DNA of 64,000 nt, taken from Bugula neritina. Lineage: Eukaryota; Animalia; Bryozoa. Every line of letters begins with the position of its first letter. The first letter of the stretch is position 1. Shown here one piece after another: positions 12,901-24,264 of this stretch. The stretch covers positions 6,791,190 to 6,855,189 of the forward strand of contig OZ037771.1 in NCBI GenBank assembly GCA_964035545.1, written 5' to 3'. The position numbers and the translations under genes are program-made. The notes under the pieces were generated by a model that ran no database searches, had not been told where the DNA came from, and saw only the letters and a program-made list of their open reading frames with translations.

Positions 12901-15900
12901 AGTGGTAAAACTCTGAACAACTAGTCGTAATAGTTATTAATAAAAATTCCTAGCCACTGAATGTTGCGCAGTGAGCTAAGCATAGGTGTTGAAAGTGTGT
13001 GGCCACAGAGTCCTAGATCATGCATGTAGCATGTGCAAATAAATCAGTTTTATTTCTGATACTTGTCAAATCTATCAAATGGTGATAGATAAATATTTAC
13101 TGATGAAATATGTGTGGGATGGAATGTCTTTTATCTACCACAATAAGTAAAGAACGGTCTCAAATACTGCCTGTGGATTTTGTAGCAAGGTAAATGGCTG
13201 TCAAAGATATTGAGTGTTATACTAAATCGCGAGCAATTACCAAATTGGTATGCTAATTTTATACTTCATGTTGGAACTTAAGTCAATTCAAATAACTCAA
13301 AAAGCAGACTCACCCGGTAAATGGTTAGCAGCCCAGGAGAAAACTGCACCATTAGTTGTAGAATAGGCAAGGCCCAGAACTGCTGTGAATATCCAAAGGA
13401 CTGCTGCAGACTGAGCACTGAATATTATTAGAAAAATGGCTCCTATAATGCCAATAATAATGTCTATCAGTAAGATCTGGAAGGAGGATAAATGCTTTGC
13501 TATCCAAATTCCTAAAATATGAAACATAACACTGTGAGATTATTTATATAGAAATGTTTTTTAAATTTATGTGAATATACCGCATTAAAAGTATAAACTA
13601 TAAAAGCATGAACTGCAAATACAGCCATCTTATTAATAATGACCAATGAGAAATACCATAAGCATCAGTGTTCAAAATTTGAATTATTTTTGATGTGTGA
13701 AACGGTTAATATATTTGTTAAAGAAACGAGAAAGGTTATAGAGACATGAGAAAGATTGGCTAACTCACATGTCTTTTCAAACCTACCTGCCAGACGACCA
13801 AAGCAGAGAAATGTCCAGAAGAGTGATGATATGTAAACACCTTCTGTCTCTGTAAAGTGGAGAGGACCCAGCACAGAGAAAGTGGTTATCAGATTACTAT
13901 ACGTCTGCTGAGTTCCAAACTGTAGCAGTGAGAGCATAAACATGAAGATGAGCGTTAACGAGAGGGGTGCTGAACAGTCCCTAAATGAGATTGAGTCAGA
14001 CTGAGAACTGCCAGATTTAGTATTTCTTATGGGAAGACCACTTCTACAGTGCTGAATACAGAACAATGTTGCTGGTATGCAGGAGATAACTCCCATTATT
14101 ATGTAATAGAAGTAGACACGTGTCTTTGTAAACTCTTCCTCCAAGTCTGAAGATATGGTAGGCTGTTCACCAAAGGTAGTGTTGTGTAACTGTCCAGAAG
14201 TTGTATTAGATAAGAGTAGGGGAGGCATTTCGGCCAAAACACTTGTGTAGCTATAAATATAATTAACACATTGATATGAAGTTACTGGCTATATGATTCC
14301 ATATAAAACTAAACTAAAATATTAACCGATAACAGAAATATTTTTTATATAATTGCAGCTTTCACCAACATTAATTTCAATATGCAATTAAATTTCTCCA
14401 GTATGCTTACTTTTGAGGTAATGTTTCATTTAATTAAGATTCATCTGTATGCCATGTTGTCTGTTTTACTCTATGGCTATTGGTTGAGTCAGCAAGAAAG
14501 GGTCGAGCTATGAAAGGTCCACATATGCTGCCAATAGACACTCCTAAACACACAGCCTGTAGGTACATGCCATTTCGCTTCCTTCCACCAAGTCGAATTG
14601 ATATGCAAAAGACTCCTATCAAGAACATCAACACCTTTTATGAGTTACAAGTCGGCTTTTCTAATAGCTTTCTCTCTTCCTTCCTGTTTATTATTTTCAT
14701 AAATCAAATCAGATTAACAATGATGAAACAATTAGTATTCTGCTAGAGCTGTTACTCATCTTTGAGATCATTAAATGATGTCTACTAAAATATGTACATA
14801 CTCAACGTCGCTTCACAAACACTTTTGCTGAAAACTTTAGTACAAATCATACTTTTAAAACATTTTAGGGCTAATGTAAACGACTTTCTAATTAAAAATA
14901 ATTAGTAGAACAATCTTAATTATTTAGTTAACAACTAATATAGTCCATATTTTATTGAACAGGTACGATAAATAAGCTAGCCACTTTCTAACAGCCTAAA
15001 AGTGCTTTCTAAGTTTACTTATAAGAAAGTATAATAAAAATACACTAAAATGCTCATCACTTTTTAAAGCCTCTTTGTTTTGATAATTAAAAAATTTTTT
15101 TTAGGGTGGGGAGGAGGTTGCACTTTTATGACAGCGTACACCCCTTTTATACCGACCGCTGCCATTCTCCTGCTGACCTGGACAGCAACCTTTATAGCAT
15201 GTATGCTTTGAGCATAGGCAATACCTTCTCACCAATTTGAGCAATTCCTTCCATGAAGCCTTGTCCAACAAACATCAAACACATAACATATACACTCCTG
15301 AATGCAGGCACAAGGGCAGTGAAGACAGTTTTTAGAGTCAAACAGACAAACAGAGTAAACTGGTCGTTGAATCTACAAAATAGAAATTTTACTCTTTATA
15401 ATATTATTACCTTCAACCAGAAACATGTAAATAATTTATATGTCTAAATTGTCTGAAACCAGATAATTTATGCATATAATATATGATAAATATTTTCTTC
15501 TATTTAATGCCACTATTACATAATTTACATTATGGTTTCTTTGTTTGATATGTCATCTGAAGCTACCACACTGCTAGAATATAGCAAAATTGATTTATAA
15601 ATTTAAAGTTTTATTAATGATATTATGTATTTTCACTTGAATAAGGTGTTAAGAATGCCAGCTCAGCAAATATTAAAAGCTAAAGATTCTTTGATTAAGT
15701 TAAATTTCTAACTTGGGCTAAAAATCAAAAAATCACTAATAGATATTGTAGCTATGTAGTATGTATACAACTACTCGGATAAAATAAAGTTTCACTTAAG
15801 CTCAATGTTGTTTATTTTTATAGCTGAAAGTTACTATTACTATAACTTGTAACAAATGACACTTCTTTTAGCTCAATCAACTTGACATGATCGTGTACAC

Positions 15901-16365
15901 CACATAGTTTAAGCATGAAACTGGGTACAAGCTTTACTTTCAACAGTTAGATAGATCTGCCCAATACCATAAACTATAATTACATGAAAAAGTAAACAAT
16001 GGAAACAAAATTATGGAAGATGCAAGGCATAGCACCTATTCAAGAATGTGCCCTAAAATTGCTAGATATTAGATATTATTGTATATACTATGTATTTTTA
16101 TATACTATATATTATTATATACTATATATTATTATATACTATATATTATTATACATATTACAATTGACATATAAAACAATAAACAACTTTGATAGAAAAA
16201 AAAAGATAATTGTATCTCACTATTTTGTTAAAATGGCTCTTAAAAAATTCCTATAACATCAATGTTGATATTACTATATTATATTAATTAAATAGAACAA
16301 TTGATAGCTTAGATTAGGAGAAAATTGATAAATTATCTTAATTTGCTGTGAAAGAAAAGAATGAC

Positions 16366-16432
16366 CTGTAAAAGCTATGCAGCCTGTGGTCCTGGTTTAT
16401 GTTCATCACGGGTGCAGGGGGAGACCACTCCT
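16366..16432 (-). other. Conserved intron-3 element of MFS copy 1: candidate stop-containing cassette exon or structured RNA
   Basis: Flanked by ...ataatgttag| and CAG|gt. It is conserved in copy 2 (28093-28159) and in the diverged copy 3 (40735-40808), while the surrounding intron barely aligns. Confidence 0.45.
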
Positions 16433-19400
16433 CTAACATTATATAAATTGTAAGCAAAAATAACAACACATTTTTCTACTACAATTACAGTTTATAGCTT
16501 CATATAACAGATTTATATGCTTAACTGTTATATCTATGCAATATTGTATATATTTAATATTAAGACTAATCACGGATATCAACTTTAAGTATTACATTAT
16601 ATATATTACCCTAACATTTTAGAGGAAATTATAATTCCTACAGCATGTGACTTATTAAATACACTGAGCAATAAGTTACTTAATATTATCTTTTTGAATT
16701 TCTGATCGCTTACCTAGCGAGATGATAATAATTAATAACCAAAATAAATCATATTGGTTTTTAATTTAAAAATTCTTTTTATTCTTGCTATGTCTAAGAG
16801 TTATTAAACTTTAAAATTGCTGGTTTAATGCCCCACAGCTATATAAGCTATATTTTAGTTTTGATAGTTAATCTTAAAACGACTAAGATTAGTTAATTAC
16901 TTAATTAATTAGTTGTTATATGTAACCCAAACATATTCATTCCATTTAAGTACACTAAAGTGTCATATTTCCAGACGTCTAGTATTTAGGCTGTCTGTAA
17001 TATGCATATTTCTATACTTATAGATGTATAATTACTGTTTATTTGTACTAGAAAATACCCATACTTACTCTTTGTAAAGAATTTTTGCAAGGAGACAAGA
17101 AACCAGGAAACCAACAGACTGCGATGCAAACAGCCAAGCCCCTTGTTCTAGAGAAATGGAAGCTACCTGCATCAAGTCTATTAGAGTTGGACCCACAGAG
17201 TTGAACACCAGACCCTGGAACACAGAACTGTAATGAGGGAACAATTTATTCTGTTATTATTTTGGGTGCAACATTCATACCGAACATCAGGTTTTACTAG
17301 AATGCTACAATTGTTAAAAATAAATATTAAAAGAGAAACAGTGTGTGTCTATAACTCACTCGACTGAAAAAGGCTAGATTACAAGTGATAAGCTGAAAGA
17401 ACACTTGTCCAGTTAGTGTGTCACTTTCCATATCACTGTCATCACCCTGACCTTCTGTTGGCTCACTTTCTATTGTCTCATATCTTTCATTTGACTTCTG
17501 GAAGCAAAAAAAATAATATTGTAGTCTATTAGTCTCAGCTACTGAGATATTTGCAATTTGTTAGTTGGTTAACATTGCTGCCCAAGTAATGTTATATAGC
17601 TGACGTTGATGTGGCAGCCAATAACGATCCGCCATTAAAAGATATAGTATGTGCTTATGAATAATATGCCACATATATCTTTAGGAATAAAAACTAATCT
17701 TGTGATTGTAATTATGGAAAAAAAACACACTTTTGTGTCATTGCTGAAATTGAGAGGCTATATTTGGTCTGTAGTAATTGAGTCATGGCAAAATATTCCC
17801 ACTTTATTTTAAAACGAGATCAATTTATTATATACTAGAATATTATAATGTATCCTAATATATAATATATAATAATATATTATATATTAATCTTATTGTT
17901 GATTATTATTGTGTTAAAAAACATATTTTAAAACAAATAATGCTTTTACTTAAATGAAGAATACTCTAGTCAATAGAAAAGAAGGCTGATGGTTTTTTCC
18001 AACCAAAATGTGCAAAGTCACAACAGGTTACCATGAAATAAGCTGCCAAATATACAATTCTTCAAGATCACATTTGCCCAACAAGCTTTTATGTATACTT
18101 TACCAGAATAGCATAGGATTTGGGTCTCATTATTGTCAACATGACTAATAGCATTCCAACGCCCTTCTCTAGGTCATTGGGATGCTATCAGTTAGTGAGC
18201 TGCTCAAATTTATTTGCAAGGCCCTCAAAAGCTGTAGATAGCTGCTTTAAAAAATATTTTAACTTTACCATCACAGTTGTCAAATTTAATAGATGTGTGC
18301 TCTTTCATTTTTCAAATGTGGTCAAGCTTCATTAATTCTCAGCACATGCATGGAATAAATTGTCAACAAACCAAACTTATCCAGTCAGTTTACGGAACAC
18401 TGATTTTGTAAGCTGTAAATAATATATAGCAATCAAACTAGTGTGATGAATAAAATCTATCTAGTTTTAGCTAGATTTAAGTACAACTAGTTGAAAGCAG
18501 TATTAGTCAATTCATCTAATCTATAATTCATAAGATTATAAACTTCTTTACCACAAAAGTAGTTAAAAAGAGCTAAAAAAAATTTATTATTTTGTTTGTG
18601 TAACTCAATCAATTTAAGCTACTTTTTAGCAAACCGTAGGGTTTTAGTATGCACCTCCTGACCCTGTATTGAGCTTTTAACTAAATTAATATGTGTAGTA
18701 ATATTATAATATAATAGATATATTATTTAGACAAATCTAATAAAATTGTCAGCTATTGGTAATTGACTTAGCTAATTGTAACAACATGATAAGAGAACTG
18801 CTGGCTGCTTAAACATTGTTACTCAGTAAGTAATATTACATTAAACTTAAAAACTGGGCAAGTTTTGTCATAGAAACTTCTTTATTTATGTTTGATATCC
18901 ATGCAATGTATTTAATACAAGAGCATTTAAGCTTATTGTAGCATGAACTAGCAGTGTAACTGGAGCTAACATTTTACAAATTCGGTGAATATTTTCGAGA
19001 TCCAAGATAAAGATAACACTTGTTAGAAATATGTACATTTGTGTACAAATTGTTGAAAACTTGCTATACTTGTACCTGATTAAATTGAATTCCTGAGAGT
19101 TTTAAAATAAGTTAACAAAATTTTAGAATAGATTGAATAAAAGATGGTGAAATTTATTACAAATATTTCCCCAAAAACAAGAGCAGCTTGCTCGTGTGTA
19201 GGCAAGAATTTACCGCCTACGTTGATGTCCCTTTATTACTCGACTGTTTAAAAGCAATATGGACCAGAGACTACACATTCTAATTATTGCAGAATGCATT
19301 AGAATACAGCTATAAAGATATAGGAGTATAAGTTTAAATCAGCACCCAAAGATATTAATGTATCGTTTACCTGCAAAATTCACCTGTAACAACTAAGAAG

Positions 19401-19717
19401 TTTTATTGGGTAGAGTTTTCACTACGTATGTCTAATTTCTGAAAGTCGTTCATCCATGCTCGAAAATAAAAAACCCGATTGCTATGCTCTAATTGAAAAC
19501 TACAGTATACTTTCAAGTAATGATAATAGTATAGATTAGAGAAGCGTTATCATTTAAGCACTAAAGCGTATGTTTTCTGAAATTCATCTGAAGCTGAGAA
19601 TGCAAAGGATAGCAATTAGAGTGATGAGGGAGGATAGAATTAAAAATGAGTGCATCTAGAAAGCAATCAGTGTGGAAAGTGATCTTAAAGTAAGTGTAGT
19701 GTTGCGATTACACAATA

Positions 19718-19789
19718 GCCCTTGCGGTGTAGTGGTTACCACGCCAGCTTGCAAGCCAGAAGTCAGCGGCTCGAATCTCGGCAGGGGCA
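19718..19789 (+). pseudogene. tRNA-like sequence (tRNA pseudogene or head of a second SINE-type element)
   Basis: 72 nt with a pairing acceptor stem GCCCTTG/CAGGGGC, A-box GGTGTAGTGG and a degenerate B-box GGCTCGAATC. The anticodon and T stems do not pair, so it is not a functional tRNA. Confidence 0.65.
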
Positions 19790-20261
19790 AAATATTTTAC
19801 TGCGAGGTTGAGATCATACAAACTGAAGTGGTATGGTCATGTGTTGAAAAGAAATGAAGACCATGTGAGAGAAAATAGTTATAGAAGAGTTTGTTAGGAG
19901 GAAGAGAGAACAAACTAAGAAAGGGTTAATTAACTCTGCAGAAAAAGATGTGAAAGAGCTAGCACTAAGGATAGAGGATGACTTGAAAAAGGTAGTACTG
20001 AGAGTAGAAAATGATATAAAGTAGTTAAGATAAAGGGTAGAAAACAACACGAAGGAGCTAAGACTAAGGATAAAGGTTGCAAGGAATCGGAAAGCTATAA
20101 AGAAAAGCAATTCACCGTGGCTAGTCTGGCAGATAAAAAGTTGAAAGAGGAAGAATATATGTTAACTTAAATATTAACTTGATATTTATGAATTTATAAA
20201 CTTATAATGGGTTTGAGTGAGTCAAGTTTGTAGTATATGCAATTTACATATTTAACTTGTA

Positions 20262-20296
20262 AGATATGTAATATGTAATATGTAATATGTAATATG

Positions 20297-20348
<52 letters not shown>

Positions 20349-20363
20349 CATATTAAATATTAC

Positions 20364-20412
<49 letters not shown>

Positions 20413-20419
20413 TATATAT

Positions 20420-20466
<47 letters not shown>
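20262..20466. repeat. Compound microsatellite (atgtaat)n/(TA)n/(CA)n; duplicate at 32910-33093
   Basis: Direct inspection. Confidence 0.9.
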
Positions 20467-20470
<4 letters not shown>

Positions 20471-23400
20471 AATTTAAACTCACAATGATTGGAATCTTTT
20501 CTGCACTGTCTTTGCTCTGCTGATTTTCTCTGGTGTCTTGTAAATGATTTTCCTTCATCTCAACATAGTCAAACTGAGCAGACATTTTTAGCTTCTTCCA
20601 CAAGCAAAACTTTTTACTAGAAAAAAATTATTTGCTTTAACATTGAAGTAATTTAAAGAAAAATTGACAATAAATAGATAAGAGCTGCATTTAGTTTATC
20701 AAAAGGTTATGATGGTCATCTCTGATACAGAAATTGAACTCCTTAACCTCTTAAACAAATTATGTTAAAAGAACTAACAACCATTAAGTTTAGTGCTGGT
20801 ACTTACAGAACAGCTGCTGCTTTCAGTATATTAGCCAGTTTTACCTGAAAATAATGTTTACCAGTAACCTACTAATAAATTCCTGACAGCAGATTTTTCA
20901 AAAATAAAGCTTATTCCCCGGAAGAGCTGCGACAGTACTGGAGATACAGTGACATTAAGAATATTTTCATTTTGTACCAAGGGAAAGCTCATATCTTCAG
21001 TATTCATAACACTTATACAGCATGCTGAACTAGGTCAGTAGGTTGCTGTATCTGAAAATGTAAATAATCCTATCCCTCACTTAGTAACTTTAAGAATACT
21101 CGTTCAAGCAGAAAATTTGCCAAAATGAAGGGCAATACACGTGCCATACCGAGGTTTATAGCTATGTTTTCTATTTGTCATACTTTCGGTTCTGTTTAGT
21201 TTTATTGGCTAAAATAACTGCTATAGCTATATAAGCTATATACACAGTATACTGTGTATTAAAGTATAGTGCAGTAGGTTTTTTACTGTTCTTCAACAAT
21301 TCTGCTATAGTTGTAGCACATTTGCTTTTCTGCACATGTTGGTATTAACAAATAACAATTACACTGACACGTTTTTTATGTATTTTGTTGATGAAATTTC
21401 TGTTTATGCAGTGCATTCATTTTTTGATGTGTTTCATTTAGGAATATAAGTCTGCTGTTAAAGTTATCTTTCAATTAGTTAGCTGTTGCTATATGGTGAA
21501 ACTAGCTTTCTGAAAAAACACATTTTCTACAGAATCTACTTTAGCAACCAAGGTCTCGTATGACCTCCAACTTGCAGGTCAGCATGCTAATCACCACGCT
21601 AGCTATACGGGTCACTGGGGAACCACAACACCGCAGCCTTTAGACTTATGAATAAGGTATGAACGGAACTTTAACAATTACAGACACATGTCAAGCTCTC
21701 ACAAGTGAAGCTTTTACAGAGAAAAAATACTACTAGTGCCTGACATAGCAGGAAAATAGTCACCACTAGAGTATATGTGTCGGTAAATAGGTCAATAATT
21801 CAATAGGTCAATAAAGCCTACACCATGGGAAAAGGACTAAAAAGATTGACAACGGCTCCAGAACTGGCCGGTTGGCAGAAATATATTGCTATAATGTATA
21901 GATGATATAGAAAAATAACAATGATTGATGGTTACATTAAGCTGGCCAACAAGTTGTTGTCAGTATTAATACAGGCTAGTAAATTGCTCACTTACCCTGA
22001 ATATATTATACACTAAAATAGGTTATTATTTATCACAGATGCCTATCATTGTCACTGTTTTAAATATGTTTTCAAAACCACCATGATCAGATAAATACTG
22101 TTACGTAGCAAAACTTAAAGCAGAGCTGTCTAATTACATTTATGTAGTGTAAAAGTTTGCTATTAGGTATACTCAAATACAGGTTCAAATTGTATACCCA
22201 TCAAATTAGACTTTATAGCATGTTTTTTGCAGCAATACATCTTCAATTAGTTTACTAGCTGCATGAGCAACACAATTATAAAGCTGCAACCTAGTGAAAA
22301 AATAGGTTAACATTCAGAAAATTTACCACACTAAAGTGTTCCAAAATATATATTTGTCCCCTTATATAATTTATAATATGTGGTTTAGGGCCATCATTGT
22401 GCCTTACATGTTTGTTTTATATTTGGATATTAAATGAGTTACAATAGCACAATCCATGAATGTATAACTACAAGGATTTTATATGATTCATCAAATTATA
22501 ATAGTCCTCAGTTGTAGTAAAGTAGAAATTAAAGCAGCTGCCGTTTTCTATTTCTTTCAAATTGCAGTTTGTCAACTGTAAATTGTGTTTATTCATTAAG
22601 CTTATATTGTGACATAAAACTAATTCTTTACTATAGCTGATTACATGCATGTTGATAAATTCTAACTGTGATACAAATATCAACATTAATGCTGGTTAGT
22701 TTCAGTTTAAACACTGAAATGTTTAGATATATATATTAGCGTCCTGATTAAACCTACCTATCAAATCTTCCGGAATAGATCCCGGAGCTGCACAATAATA
22801 GCTATTATAACTTTGGTTACTATAAAATATGATGTGTATATCCCTACTGATAAGTGATTAATAAAATGATGTTTATAATACTGCGATGAAATGATTATCC
22901 TTCATAATTAACTGGCTTTTTATTAGGCTAATTCCTGAAGATTAGGCTAACTAAATTTTCTTGAGCCTCATCTATATAGCCTCTGTCACAGAGTTCTGAA
23001 TCATCCTAGTGACATTCTTTGTATTGCAGAAGCAGCTAAAAAAAGTCTATCATAAAATTTAAGAGTGCAATCAGGTCTATCTTCATCAAGGAAGCAAATA
23101 AAAAATGGGTGCAAAAAATTATTTCAAAGCTGGGAATGCAACACTAAAATTATGACTAACTGATACATATCTATTTTTTCCTATTTTGATACTGCAAAAA
23201 TGTTATCGGACTGTCCGTTTTACTACCCAACATTACCTCAACTCTGCAGCAGTGTGTAAAATGTTCTTTCAGCAACATAATTGGCTACATAATCAATAGC
23301 TAGCTTGTCAAAACAGATATTTAGGAACTAATGCTAGTTACTCATTGAGCGGATAACTCTGTGTTGAGCATACATGGCACTGCAGGTTGAGCTATGCCAG

Positions 23401-23564
23401 TATAATAACTGTATATATAGCTTATTGATTGCATATACTACATGAATACGGCGACAAAATTCCAGTGAACTAAATCTAGAGCAGGTCTGATGCATGCAAA
23501 CTGAGTATTGAAAATGAATAGAGCCATAAAATGTTCGACCAATGATAACACGAGGTTGTGTGTA

Positions 23565-23566
<2 letters not shown>

Positions 23567-23638
<72 letters not shown>
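23567..23638. repeat. (TA)n microsatellite
   Basis: About 35 units; only ~5 units at the paralogous site near 36197. Confidence 0.9.
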
Positions 23639-23640
<2 letters not shown>

Positions 23641-24264
23641 CCGGGTTTCAAAGTATATTGAAATGGGCAAGTTTTCATTCAAAACAAATACTGGGGTTAC
23701 TATTGCTTTTTCATTGATGATAATTTTATTAAATGTCTATCAATAATGTACCAGTACATTAAAAAACTTAAAAACAGATCGCTGTAGATTATATATGCTC
23801 ACAACAAATGAAAGTGTTGGCCTTATATGTATATTTTACTTTAACAGTTCAATTGTTATATTGATAATTTTACAGCTTTGACTATATGAGGTCAATTAAG
23901 GTACATACTCGTATTGTATGTATTATAATATTTGTTACTAATAAATAAGAACATGATGCAGCTTATTGTTTATGAAGTAGAAGGAAAAATTATCAGCCAG
24001 TTGAAATGTATAAAAACGAATTTATATATAAACAATTTAGGCCTTTTTTGAAAACTAATAAATTACAGTATTTGTTAAATATAACAACTTCAAGATGAAA
24101 TAGCAAGAATTCAGTAAAATATTTTGCTTTGTTTAATAAAGTTGTTTACAGTCTGAAAAATCCTTTCTTTTTGTAAATAAATAAATAAAAAATCCTTTCT
24201 TTTTTATTATTTACATATGTTTTATATCTAAACTGAGACATTAATAATTTGTGAGGTTTAGAAT

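Larger units (their letters stand above)
11767..20585 (-). pseudogene. MFSD4/NaGLT1-like MFS transporter, copy 1 (paralog type A), with an in-frame nonsense codon in exon 5
   Basis: Exons 20585-20484, 17497-17360, 17214-17069, 15372-15233, 14615-14411, 14250-13787, 13511-13314, 12008-11767, with intact GT-AG sites (544 aa if read through). TAA at 14436-14434 lies where copy 2 has CAA and truncates the protein at 235 aa. It could be a null allele or a sequencing error. Confidence 0.75.

Noticed and set aside
16375-16425. Twister-ribozyme-like look on the plus strand (tatgcagcc..ggtcc..tgcagggg)
   Set aside because: Lacks the conserved UAA cleavage-site context and the AAGC segment; stem covariation favours the minus strand. 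An Rfam scan would settle it.
19718-19789. Functional tRNA gene (apparent GCA/TGC anticodon)
   Set aside because: Anticodon and T stems do not pair and the invariant U8 and T54 are substituted; kept only as a pseudogene or SINE head.
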